Translations under genes and position numbers: made by a program
Assembly (NCBI GenBank): GCA_040437565.1
Contig: JBDOQK010000006.1
Span: 248,001-312,000, forward strand
Reading direction: 5' to 3'
DNA: 64,000 bases
DNA from: Albugo candida
Taxonomy: Eukaryota
Part shown: piece by piece, positions 46,340 to 59,444 of the stretch
How the letters are laid out: each line of letters starts with the position of its first letter
Numbering within the stretch: the stretch's first letter is position 1
The notes under the pieces: generated by a model
What the model was told of the DNA's origin: nothing
What the model saw: the letters and a program-made list of their open reading frames with translations, nothing else
The model's database searches: none

Positions 46340-47951
46340 CGTCGCTATCATATTTCTTGTTTTGGGGTTTGGGGAGTGAACGTAGCGAACTTGGAGCGGG
46401 CAATGCTTGTTCTGCGTTCAAGGATGAGGGCGCATGTGATATTACAGCATTTGGTGACGGTCCTTCAGGGTCCATTCTTCGAAAGGAAAATAGTGTTAGG
46501 TGCCACCAATGAGCACATCAGGTTATAGCGACGTACCCTAAAATATCGAGCATCACTCCATCCATCTGCATTTTTTGGCGAATTGCTCCTTCCGGCAAGC
46601 CCATTTTTTGCATTGTAAAATATCTAAGGAATTTGAAGCGGTTAGAGGCGTCCAGTACACATTCCTGATATTACGAACTTTGAGAATAGAGGATCGTCTT
46701 TCAGTCTGAGTGTTGCTGAAGTGGTAGTATCACTCTGAACGTCTGTGCTACTGGTAGTAGGTGCCATAACTAAGCTTTGATCGTCACCAAAGTCATCTGA
46801 AGTCGTCGACGAACGATATGACCCCAGCGAAAGGTTAGAGTCACTTCCTGAGCTTGAGGTATTCTCATGCAGCTATTAAATATATAACATGATGCCAAAT
46901 CGAAAAAGACGATACAAGCGAGGAGTGAAACCTGTGAGACGGAAGGCAAGGAAGGTGGTGGTAAAGGGAAGGCTGATGACGAAATCGAATTAGTGGGAGA
47001 TTTCGAAGTGATCTGTGGTATGCGCGAGTCAGGTACTACGAAACCATCTTCATCATCGGAGTCCGAGAAAATTGTTGATGGTGCGTGTACAGAATGTGCT
47101 GCTGATCGTGGCATCCCTGGTGACGGACCTTCAGGATCCATGCTATCAGCAAAAACGTAGGACGAGGAACATTTTCCATTTCCCTTGAAATATCAAGTAC
47201 CTGAGAATCGAACTATCCACGCCATCCAATGTCATCTTCTGAGCTACTGCGCCTTCAGGCATCCCAAGTCTCCGCATTGTGAAGTATCTACGCCGAAAGA
47301 ATATTTCAAAATGTAAGCTTCCATCCAGTGCACTAGCATGTTCGAGTACTTGGCATAAACTGGATCGTTCTTGATTTTGACAAAATTCTCATCCTGATCC
47401 AGCGGTTGATCAATTGCAGGACTTTCTTGACTGGCAACAACAATTGCACCGATTGGATCCTCTGCTTCTTGTGCGATACTCGGTAATACTGATGGTAGCG
47501 TAGGCAATGTAGTTAACGGAACAGAAACAGGAATGCTCAAAGGTGCTTCTTCAAATCCGGAAGGAACTAATGAAGTTGATGACACTTGCAGACCAGCGTC
47601 GGCGGGTGGTAGATGCTCATCGTCAATCGCAATAGAAGTTACCCTTTCGATCGATTCTGGTATACTCAAGTCGGGTATGCTGTTCAACTTCGCTTCTAAG
47701 AGCGCCAAAAGTATTTCCACACGAGTGAGACTAGTGGTGACTTTATTCAGACGTTCCTCACATTCGTATGCAAAATGATTTAGGAATCGAGTTGTATTAG
47801 CAGCAAAATTGTTCACCAATAATAGAGTTTTAGGAATGTGGATGGATGGAAGCTGAGAAAGATCGACCGGTAAATCCTCTTGATTGTCGCGATCCTTAGA
47901 AGTCTGATGAGGCACAATTGTGCTCTCGTCAATGGCACTATCGATGCTCAT
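46320..47951 (-). CDS. WASHC3: WASH complex subunit 3 (CCDC53) with duplicated C-terminal module, multi-exon
   Basis: PVDLSQLPSI..KTLLLVNNF..TTRFLNHF..CEERL..RVEILLALLEAKLNSIPDL, then two copies of the DPxY/FxK|YFTM..G.PEGA..QKM..DG..IL.|MDPEGPSP module, ending KKYDSDDDFDSD-stop. Confidence 0.88.
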
Positions 47952-49654
47952 GATTACGCGTTTGTATATTGATAACCTCTACCAAAGCAACTAGGAATAA
48001 ACCGCATATTATCAATTGTACAAGACTTCTAGCCACGTAGCGAGATTATCGGATGTGCATGATAAAATCAAATCTAGCAAGAGTAGCAACTAAGCTGGTG
48101 CTGGTAACGTGAGGGACCGAGAACTTTGCCCTTTGACTCGCCGACAACGTGCATGGAGACGAATATGGAGAAAATTGCCTAACTATCTTCTCACCTCTTA
48201 CTAGGTAGAGATAAGAATTTCACGACGAGAGGCAAGGTTTAATCGGAGAATAGAGGAATGGTCCCGACGGCTTCACGGCATAGAAGCGATGAGTTGTGAA
48301 CGTGGCGTTGATAAAGAGAATAATTTCTTACTATGTAACTTTGGGTCTTCGAACACAACACTTTATCCAGAAAACGCTTGTCCCCAATAGCATGTAGGTT
48401 CTCTCAATCAATTTTTGCCAAAATGATGAAATTCTCGGTACAGAATGCCGAAATCATGGAATTTTTGATATAAACTGGCAAACGTTGAATGTGTTGACTT
48501 ATGGTTTTTTACATTTTACTATTCAGTATCAATCTCACGTTCACCATCAAGTGCCCAGATGCTTCGAACACTAGCAACACTGCTCAGCTTCATATGGTTG
48601 AAAGCGCATCCTCAACGAAGGAACCTGTACTNNNNNNNNNNNNNNNNNNNNNNNNNNNNNNNNNNNNNNNNNNNNNNNNNNNNNNNNNNNNNNNNNNNNN
48701 NNNNNNNNNNNNNNNNNNNNNNNNNNNNNNNAAGTATTTCCACACGAGTGAGACTAGTGGTGACTTTATTCAGACGTTCCTCACATTCGTATGCAAAATG
48801 ATTTAGGAATCGAGTTGTATTAGCAGCAAAATTGTTCACCAATAATAGAGTTTTAGGAATGTGGATGGATGGAAGCTGAGAAAGATCGACCGGTAAATCC
48901 TCTTGATTGTCGCGATCCTTAGAAGTCTGATGAGGCACAATTGTGCTCTCGTCAATGGCACTATCGATGCTCATGATTACGCGTTTGTATATTGATAACC
49001 TCTACCAAAGCAACTAGGAATAAACCGCATATTATCAATTGTACAAGACTTCTAGCCACGTAGCGAGATTATCGGATGTGCATGATAAAATCAAATCTAG
49101 CAAGAGTAGCAACTAAGCTGGTGCTGGTAACGTGAGGGACCGAGAACTTTGCCCTTTGACTCGCCGACAACGTGCATGGAGACGAATATGGAGAAAATTG
49201 CCTAACTATCTTCTCACCTCTTACTAGGTAGAGATAAGAATTTCACGACGAGAGGCAAGGTTTAATCGGAGAATAGAGGAATGGTCCCGACGGCTTCACG
49301 GCATAGAAGCGATGAGTTGTGAACGTGGCGTTGATAAAGAGAATAATTTCTTACTATGTAACTTTGGGTCTTCGAACACAACACTTTATCCAGAAAACGC
49401 TTGTCCCCAATAGCATGTAGGTTCTCTCAATCAATTTTTGCCAAAATGATGAAATTCTCGGTACAGAATGCCGAAATCATGGAATTTTTGATATAAACTG
49501 GCAAACGTTGAATGTGTTGACTTATGGTTTTTTACATTTTACTATTCAGTATCAATCTCACGTTCACCATCAAGTGCCCAGATGCTTCGAACACTAGCAA
49601 CACTGCTCAGCTTCATATGGTTGAAAGCGCATCCTCAACGAAGGAACCTGTACT
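47709..49654. repeat. Gap-flanking duplication 47709-48631 = 48732-49654
   Basis: 923 bp repeated; creates a false second WASHC3 5' end at 48974. Confidence 0.95.
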
Positions 49655-52600
49655 TGCGAGCTCTCGCGAGGAAAAAAATGCGCAGATGCTTTTGTTGATC
49701 ATATGCTAATGATTGGGATCAGCACTGATTGGATAAAAGGGATGATACATGCATGATGATAGAAGGAGAATTCACGGACGCCGGCAAAAGCGTGAAGCGG
49801 CCGTATCGAGTCGATAAATCATCTCCTCAACCTGTCCTACATGGATTTTATCGGGCGAAAGAAATCCACGCTTCCAGGTCAAATGCCTATGTGCGCCGAT
49901 AACATGTTCCCGGGACGCTGCTAGAAATCTTCTGTACGTAAGCTCCTGAATTTCTTAAAACCGCTCTGGACAATCTAGGAGAAAGCACCAGCGGCTCTTT
50001 CCATCCTGCAACTCATTGTAAAATTAATACAATTTATGAATTCCGATTGAAACTTTGGTGCGATTATTCCTGTCTTCCACTACGAACTGCTTTGCGATCA
50101 CATCGGGAAAGTGAGTGTGAAAGAGTACGTGCACGTCCAACTGTTGGAGTCACTTTTTGCGCTAAGTTCGCACTTGTTGCCAATTTCCACTATTTCTTTT
50201 GCTTCAGCACGAGTGTCCATGGTCGTTGCTAGATTATCAGTATCTGACACGACCTTTGCTATACTTTTTCTATCGTACTCCAAATGCATGCCTTCCTTCA
50301 GGTAATAACATATGTCTGACAGCATAGCTAATCAGATAGTTGTATCCTAATAGTGTTTTATGCATTTGCTTAGATGATGCCGCATATATACCCGATATAC
50401 AACTGAAAGAAATTGTATGGAAACTGTAATGTAAAGTATGCTCGTACTCATTAATAATTTGGAGGCTTTTGTATCTCTTCGAGCACGGGCGCTGTTAGAA
50501 AATCTTTTGTCGCAATTACAGGCAAGACTATTCTCGATAAGATCTGGCAAGAACCCAGGAGACAGAAGAAAATCTCGAGCAGATTCGATCCGGATCGAAA
50601 TAAAGCAAGGTCCGACTTTATGAAACGGTGGAGTAATAATTCCTGCCGCCTGTCAAGAACAAGATTAATCCTAATTCGCAACTTATATGGCTACATGTGT
50701 ATATTTCCGTGACATGAATCAGGATTTCTCACGTCTTGACGTGGGAAGCGACGCCCTTCGAAGCAAATTTCAGTCAACGATCACGCCTTGGTAATTTCTC
50801 CAATGAAGGTACCGAGCTGGCTTCTGAGTGCAGAGCCTTATTGTGCGCGGTCGAAGGTGAAATATAGGCAAGAAGCGTACCCAGACAACATAAAAAACAC
50901 AAAGGTCTAGAACAAAAATTCCGGTGACTTATTCACTATTCTTTATAGTTTCGGCGCAATTCATAAACACAATGCTACAACTAACAGTTGTAAACCATTG
51001 CTTACACAAACCTCTTCGAATCAGTCAACCAACCATCCATGGTCACGAGCAGCCAACAGTATTGTTAGCCAGGATCATATTAAACTAAAATGGCTCATTT
51101 GGCTGAATCTGATAGGGCTCCTACCGACCACATCTTTGTGCACCAACTATGAAATACGCCCAAGAAAGACCAATGTTTTGAAGCGCCATGAGGCTGCCAA
51201 AGAATTTTGTCTCAAATAATTCTGGGCTGCGTCAGAGACTTATAATCCTGAGGGTTCCTGAGGGTTCCATCAGCCTGTTATGCCTCCTATGATCTTTTGT
51301 AAAGGTCTGACTTATGTATCCACGAACTTACCTCATGATGCTCGAAAAAAGAAAAAATCTTCAGTTCTTCGTGGCACAAATGCATGCAGTCGCTTTTATT
51401 TCCCTGTGAGATAAGAATCACCTAGTCTCATAGCAATCTTGAATAGATTGACGCTGTCGGAGGCTCTATAACCTAATGCTTGAAAGTGTGGTAGCGCACA
51501 CTACGTGTTGTCATCATACTATCGTGCGTATCACACGAGGGCTTTCATTTTGGTTCAACACAAGCATGACTCAGGGAATGGGTATCAGCTAAATATCAAG
51601 TTGATTCCTGGTATAGTGGATAGCGTAGGTACCCCAGTGAATTCTCAACGGAAGATATCAAAGAATCACGGTTCTAGAACATTAAGCTTCAAAGCAGGGA
51701 AAATGTTTTGGAAGCCAAGATACACATTGATAGGGCGATTGTACTCTCAACCTCTGTGTCAAATGACGACTTAATAATAGTAGGCATGCTGTAGAACAGA
51801 GAGTACGTAAAGAAATGCAAGCTGAGTAAGGTTTACTTAACCACGAAAGAAGAATGACACATTCAGTCGCTCATTCTATAGCTACCCAATCACCTGACGA
51901 AATATCTCTCTTTTGTGCGGAGAGAAACCACGGGAGAGGTGTGATTAACTCAAGTACAGTGAGAGAATCGTTGATATATGCAGAAGTTTTTGGGGCTCCC
52001 GACTAGGATTCACATTGTGATAAGATACGAGGCAAGATTGATGGCAACAAATGCAAGCGGATGCATGCAAAGGAGTTCATAGGGATGAATGTAATTCACA
52101 TGATCCCGATCTAGCCAAACTTTGTAGAATCCAGCAGGGGTGATGGTGTCCATTGGAGACGACAAACTACATCGATTAGAGGAGATGATGACGAATTGGA
52201 CATGCAGACACGATCCGATTGACCTTGGAGCTACTTGGTGCGAAAAAAAAGAAAGGTCGTTGACGCACACATCTAGGCTGTATAATTTTTTTCCAGAATA
52301 GCCTAAAATTGGTGACGCATTATTCCACTTGAGTGCATACTTGCGTCAAAAGTCTCGTAATCGCGCGCCAGCTAGTGTGATATCCATTGAGTAAGGTGTA
52401 ATCGGATAACAGGCCTTTTGCAACAAGACCAAGATGCCTCACTTTCTGCGTGAAGAAACAGATGTATTGTTTTCGCTTTCCCAATGCGCACAAAATAGTA
52501 ATCCAACCGATCGAACCAGAAGTGTCATCGTTCTGCTTGCCTCTGTACGAAAGAAACAAACTTTCACTCCCTCAGGCTAACACATTATTCTGGCTCATAA

Positions 52601-52924
52601 CCAGAACGACGCGTTACTTCAGCGAGTTGAGGCAGCGAGCTGTGTCAGGTATTGGAAGACTAAGAGTTTCCTCTGCATTTTTTCCATGCCGTGCTTCTCT
52701 GGCTTACGATCGTTACCATTTCTATTGCTAGCTCTATGTTATTCTCATCGGCTCGCGATGGATCTGATCATCAGTCTGGCTCATATATACTCAGTAACAT
52801 CTTTATACGTCACCGATGCTACAATTCGACTCTCGTTCTCCTTAATTTAACGTCAGGAATAATGTTATACGTATCATCGCTGCGTTTTGGCTGTGAGTTG
52901 TGCTAGTATACGGCTAAATCTGGC

Positions 52925-54776
52925 CGTCAGCAGTTCGTATGCGTCTTGCAGTCGCATTAATTCATTTCCAGATTCACGCTGCCTGGATTCTGCGTGTACT
53001 TTCAACGATTATTTCTTCGTCCGATTTATGGGATGCTTTAGTCGCCACCATACGCCAGGTAGCAAGCTACCATCGTATAAACTACCAAGGGCGTATACTC
53101 TGCGATGATATACCTACCGCCTTCTGATTGGTATACAGCCACCTACATGAAAGCAGTGTTAGCTTGGATGCATGAGTGCATACAATAATGCTACCACAAC
53201 TCAAAACATCGAATCTGATCTTCATTGTTCTTCAGAGGATGATATGGTATCTAAGATATCATCTCTTGATCAGTTCTTGACGCGAAATACGAGCAATTCT
53301 GATCAGGACGATGTATCATTGCCGGAATTCAGTGATGAGGAATTGCCCTCTCGTTATCGCACAGCTTCAGAGATGTTCTTCTCGACATTGAGTGGAATGA
53401 GACATCATTCCACAACAAATTTGAATGACAGAGAAAGTGTTTCGAGTGATGGAAAGACCAGTTTGGAGGTTTTTATTCAGCAAGACAATTTCATGTCGAG
53501 CTTGGTGAAAGCATCAAGCAACACAGCAGATGACCGAGTAGATACCAAATCAGAGCCAAGGTTTATTGAGCTTGATGAAGAGGAAAGCGTAGAAACAAAA
53601 CTAAAAACGAATACGTGGAGCGATGTACAGATTGTGGATGAAAGTGATGACAACCAGCGGCCAATAGTTCATGAGACTCACACCATAGTAAACGACGACT
53701 CGAAACTTTCTACTTTATCAGATGATTTGAACATTCAGGAAATGAAAGCGCTACTGGATGACCACGGGATGACGTTAGCAACGAGCTCAAATGACTCTTT
53801 NNNNNNNNNNNNNNNNNNNNNNNNNNNNNNNNNNNNNNNNNNNNNNNNNNNNNNNNNNNNNNNNNNNNNNNNNNNNNNNNNNNNNNNNNNNNNNNNNNNN
53901 CGTCAGCAGTTCGTATGCGTCTTGCAGTCGCATTAATTCATTTCCAGATTCACGCTGCCTGGATTCTGCGTGTACTTTCAACGATTATTTCTTCGTCCGA
54001 TTTATGGGATGCTTTAGTCGCCACCATACGCCAGGTAGCAAGCTACCATCGTATAAACTACCAAGGGCGTATACTCTGCGATGATATACCTACCGCCTTC
54101 TGATTGGTATACAGCCACCTACATGAAAGCAGTGTTAGCTTGGATGCATGAGTGCATACAATAATGCTACCACAACTCAAAACATCGAATCTGATCTTCA
54201 TTGTTCTTCAGAGGATGATATGGTATCTAAGATATCATCTCTTGATCAGTTCTTGACGCGAAATACGAGCAATTCTGATCAGGACGATGTATCATTGCCG
54301 GAATTCAGTGATGAGGAATTGCCCTCTCGTTATCGCACAGCTTCAGAGATGTTCTTCTCGACATTGAGTGGAATGAGACATCATTCCACAACAAATTTGA
54401 ATGACAGAGAAAGTGTTTCGAGTGATGGAAAGACCAGTTTGGAGGTTTTTATTCAGCAAGACAATTTCATGTCGAGCTTGGTGAAAGCATCAAGCAACAC
54501 AGCAGATGACCGAGTAGATACCAAATCAGAGCCAAGGTTTATTGAGCTTGATGAAGAGGAAAGCGTAGAAACAAAACTAAAAACGAATACGTGGAGCGAT
54601 GTACAGATTGTGGATGAAAGTGATGACAACCAGCGGCCAATAGTTCATGAGACTCACACCATAGTAAACGACGACTCGAAACTTTCTACTTTATCAGATG
54701 ATTTGAACATTCAGGAAATGAAAGCGCTACTGGATGACCACGGGATGACGTTAGCAACGAGCTCAAATGACTCTTT
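52925..54776. repeat. Gap-flanking duplication 52925-53800 = 53901-54776
   Basis: 876 bp repeated; creates a false second CEP70-like 5' end at 53172. Confidence 0.95.
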
Positions 54777-57633
54777 GTGGAAATCGTTCGACGGGGACGC
54801 AAAACAACATACTAACGATGAGGAAGTAAGAAGTGTGGAATCAATTCCATCACCGCACTCGTCATATTCGATGCCGTCAGTTTTTAACAAGAATATCGAT
54901 AAGACTTCAGCGAAAGGCTCATATACTAGCGTCGAAAAGAAAAGGAACAATAATTTCACAGAAGATCATAACGGAAGACATGAAGAGAGGATTAGAGAGC
55001 ATATTTTTGCTTCAGATCAAAGCAATCAATCGCTACAAAAGAACGACGGAATGCATACAAGATCCCCCTCGGACAATATTCGTCTCAAAACAAACGTCGA
55101 AGAATCCTGGGAAGAAGTGAATGCTTTTTTGCGAGGAAAAGGACTCGAAAAGATCGAATTAACAGCCATTTCAACATCAGATGAACCTGTTTTGATTCCT
55201 AATAAAGTATCGTTGATCAATCTTATTCATGAAATCACTTTGCAATTAGAGAAAAAAGACCAGGTGAACAACACAAAGAGTTTCTTTCCCAGACAGCCCC
55301 TGATCACCTCAATTATCATTCTGTAGAAAATTCAGCAGCTGTGTCTTGATTTCCATCACGCATCTCGATCACAGAGATTAATTCAAGAAGGCGTACAAAC
55401 CCGGGAAAGGATGATTGAAAGTACCAACAGTAATCTCGAGACTTCTCGAATACAAGTCAGACGATTAAAGGTATGATGATTGCGGTGTCGATCAAATGTA
55501 TTGTAAGTCTTGGGGATCTTTTTCGTCAGGATCAACTCAAACAAGCAAAACAGATAGCAGAAGGGGATGCTAAAAAGTGGAAGCAATCTTGTCAACACCT
55601 GCGACAACAACTGAAAACGAGTGAACGGCGTGTAAAAACAAAAGAGCTACAAAATCAGCAGATGCAGGAAAAATTACAAGAACAAGTCGATAAACAACAG
55701 CAACGTAAATTGCGGGATCGAGAGCTTTTTCGAAAGTTGAAGGCCAGATACCCTAAGCGTGGAGCTTCTAAAGACAATGAAGTATTGGATTGCATCAGCG
55801 TACTATCGGAGGAACGAGAAGATATGCGGAAAGAACTCGAGGACCTCAAGATTCAATTGAGACATTGCAATGCAGAAATTCGCGATAAAGAGAATCGTCT
55901 TTCACGTATGTCACAAACCAATGGGCGGTCCAAAACAACGAACGGGACATGTGATTATTTCAGAGTTTGGACGAGTGATGATGAAAGCTGCGATAATCAA
56001 AGTGATGGAACTTTTGGGTGGCGTGACGATACTAAATCTCAAGCTCAGAATTTTTGTTGTGCAGAAACCAGACTGCACACATCTGACGAGCTATTACAGA
56101 GACTTGAAGCAGACAGAAGATATCAAGAAGGTGTGATTGGAGAATTACGACAGCGAGAGTCATCAATGGCAGAGAAGATCAATAAACTACAAGAAAAGCT
56201 CAAGGAAGCAAAGGAAACGGTTGATGAATTGATGCAAGAAAATTCGACTCTGACTGTAGAGGCAGGATCTCGACCAACGATTCAGGAATATCGCTCATGT
56301 GAGCGTCGCCTTCATCAACTTGAGCGCAAGCTTTCCGAAACCAAAATGGCACTAAATGAAGCAAAAAATGTCCATCAATTCCGCAAGTTGATGGATACCA
56401 AGGACTTGATAGCTCGTGATCGCCTTGGGCATAGGCTGGGCTTGAAAAAGCTCAATTCCTTACCTAGAGAAACATTGCTGGATATTGTGAAAGATGTTTG
56501 TAGATTGATGAATGTGGCAGATGTTACAATGATCTCCACAGACTTGGAAAAACTTTGTAAAGTCGTCGCAGCAGTCCCAAGAATGGAAGCTTTCATACGC
56601 GACGTTTGTGGCTTTGTTTATGATTCAAGTCGGCCATTCGCAAGGAAGCAAGACGACGAAGAAAAGATTGAAACTATGGAAGTAGTAATCCCCACGCTTG
56701 AAAGGTGGACTCGCGACCTGAAGCGGCTCACTGACCTTGAGGTTCCTTTCTATCGTCTTTATTCGATCATTCATGACCAAGCTAATTTGTTAGTATTTTT
56801 ACTCGGCCGTGATGGATAAATTGAGCTGTGGACCATCTTCACGGCAGCAAAGTCGGGACGCACAAGCCACATCAACGAAGAATATCTTGACGACAGCAGA
56901 AGCCCTGCAGATTATTTCAGATTTGATGCAACAAGAAAGCGATGCATTCTGTCGGGACGAGACATACAAAATCGCAAAAACAGAGATTGAGGTGAGATCA
57001 GTGCCGGGGAAATGAATGAGGATTTTGACTGATATTTCGTAGCAAAAACCAACCGTTCTTATTCATCAAATCATCCGCCATTTCTCTCACTTGTTTCAGG
57101 TGAAAAGTCTTGAAGGCGTGATGCCCAAAATGAACGAGATATATCTTTTTGTGAGTGAATTGCAAAACTTTCTTGTAGTGGCGAGAAACGAGCTATGCTT
57201 GCGTGCGTATATTGAGTTGACTTCAGGCAAGCACAAAGGGCTAAGCATTCTAATTGCATAGCAAAATCTAAGACTGTAACGGCATGCCTCAATGAAATAC
57301 GCGATCGATGGCGCTCGCGTGAACAGGAAGAAACATCCCTTGATCTTGGCGATTCCAAAAATGATGATTCGACCACATACGTGGTGGAGAAGCCGATGAA
57401 TGAAAATGATGTACATCTGGTTGGAGTCCAACAAGTTCGCGAAATGTCAATCCTAATCCATCAACTAAAGCGAGAATTAGGAGCATCGAGCGCTCAAGAC
57501 ATATTACCAAGAACAAGACGGTACGAGCCTTTTCCAAATATCAACTTTTCTTCATCCCTTTCATTCTTTTCCGTTAAACAGTTTGATGGAACTCTTGAGT
57601 CTTTCCTTGCAAGCACCGCATCACGATAGCTGA
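54148..57633 (+). CDS. CEP70: CEP70-like centrosomal coiled-coil protein, multi-exon, long acidic N-terminal extension
   Basis: EESWEEVNAFLRGKGL N-terminal motif, long coiled coils, LLDIVKDVCRLMNV.., and in an exon missed by the ORF track IRHFSHLFQVKSLEGVMPKMNEIY, resembling the CEP70 C-terminal HFxxLFxVxSLxGVxPxMNE motif. Confidence 0.7.
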
Positions 57634-58752
57634 AGTCTAGATTCTGATCGAATAATTTGCATTGGTGTCATTATTTAATCATCCAGAATCAATGCATGTT
57701 GCCCTGCCTGACATGTAAACTCTAAAGCCAAAGCTGCTTACCGCTATTTTGACTCGCGTGAAGTTCTCTCCAACCTGAGTTGAGGTGATGTGAGACACCT
57801 CCTCTTCGTTCCATCTTCTTGCCGATCCATAGCTACAATCTCTGGGCGATGAAGACCCATGCTGATCTACACATCGCCTACGCTTGATACCGTCGGTATT
57901 GATTCTGATGACCCCAAGTACTATCTTACGGTCACTTGCTGATAAACTCTAGATCTTGTCAACACTTTCCGCGAAAGTGAAAGACTTTGGATGTTAAACA
58001 TGATAATTGGATTTCGTCTTATCATCAGAGTGGACCAGATACAATTTTGAGAGCTATCATGTGAGTGGATTTGGTCAAAGTCTATTTCAGTGACAGTGAT
58101 TTGCGCCATGAGAGAATCCAGAAAAGCAAGCATACAGTCTCTAAATTCCATTTACTGATTTGAATGTCTATGACTTGAGATACTAAGAACTACACGGCAG
58201 CGCCAAGACAGCACCATTTCCGACTAATGTCATCACCTCGTCGATAGGATGGAAGCATTGAAAGCCATTAGAAATATTGAGGAAGCAGCGGAAAGTCGCA
58301 GGTAGGACGACTTGATTTCAGCACTTGCGTCGGTCCTGTTCCATACATAAATTCGTTATGTAGCCAATACCATCACTAAATGCTGCATGAATCACACAAT
58401 CCACATCGAGAGATCCCTCTTGCCCATGAACAAGATACTTTGATATTCGTCTCGACCAGCTACCTCAGAGGTTCTTATTGTGTGGAGAGCGAAAACCTCG
58501 TAGCTTCCACAGAGGCTATGATAGCTATTTCAAATGTTCAAGGATGTCCAAATGGCATACGAGCACTGACGAAGAAATATAACTTGATCTGAAAGATAAA
58601 TCAAGCGAGATAGTACCACAACATGAGGAGACGTATAGTAACGAAGGCAGCATCTATAAACTCGGAGACGGTACTTGCATTATCAGCCAATGTTAGTCAA
58701 TTTAGTTCCAGTAATGAGAATCTTAATGCGAGCATTCAACGATGATTTATAG

Positions 58753-59444
58753 TTTATATGCGGAATGCAGCTGCATCGATGTGTTCCAAATTATAAAGAT
58801 CAGCGATTCTCTTCAGCATTTCCTTTCGATTGGTGCTGTTTGCATTATCATAAATGAGATCATACAAGGAGCTGAGATTGAACACAACAACTTCGTTCAG
58901 AAAGCGGAGCGGACACAGCCTAATCATCCTTTCCAGCATTGTCACAGCTCCGTGCACGTCACAACTGTATAATGCGCATATTGCGTAGTTATTGACTGCA
59001 GCGCATATCAGTTCTCCTTGCTCAAGCATCAAGTCTTCATCAGGAAGGNNNNNNNNNNNNNNNNNNNNNNNNNNNNNNNNNNNNNNNNNNNNNNNNNNNN
59101 NNNNNNNNNNNNNNNNNNNNNNNNNNNNNNNNNNNNNNNNNNNNNNNNTTTATATGCGGAATGCAGCTGCATCGATGTGTTCCAAATTATAAAGATCAGC
59201 GATTCTCTTCAGCATTTCCTTTCGATTGGTGCTGTTTGCATTATCATAAATGAGATCATACAAGGAGCTGAGATTGAACACAACAACTTCGTTCAGAAAG
59301 CGGAGCGGACACAGCCTAATCATCCTTTCCAGCATTGTCACAGCTCCGTGCACGTCACAACTGTATAATGCGCATATTGCGTAGTTATTGACTGCAGCGC
59401 ATATCAGTTCTCCTTGCTCAAGCATCAAGTCTTCATCAGGAAGG
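58753..59444. repeat. Gap-flanking duplication 58753-59048 = 59149-59444
   Basis: 296 bp repeated either side of a 100-N gap. Confidence 0.95.

Noticed and set aside
48612-48974. Second WASHC3 copy
   Set aside because: Lies within the 923-bp gap-flanking duplication
51247-51268. Short tandem repeat of CCTGAGGGTT
   Set aside because: Only two copies with no associated element; likely slippage
53172-53936. Tandem paralogue of the CEP70-like 5' end
   Set aside because: Lies within the 876-bp gap-flanking duplication
58754-59032. Extra TPR gene downstream of TRAPPC12
   Set aside because: Duplicate of the TRAPPC12 3' end across a gap
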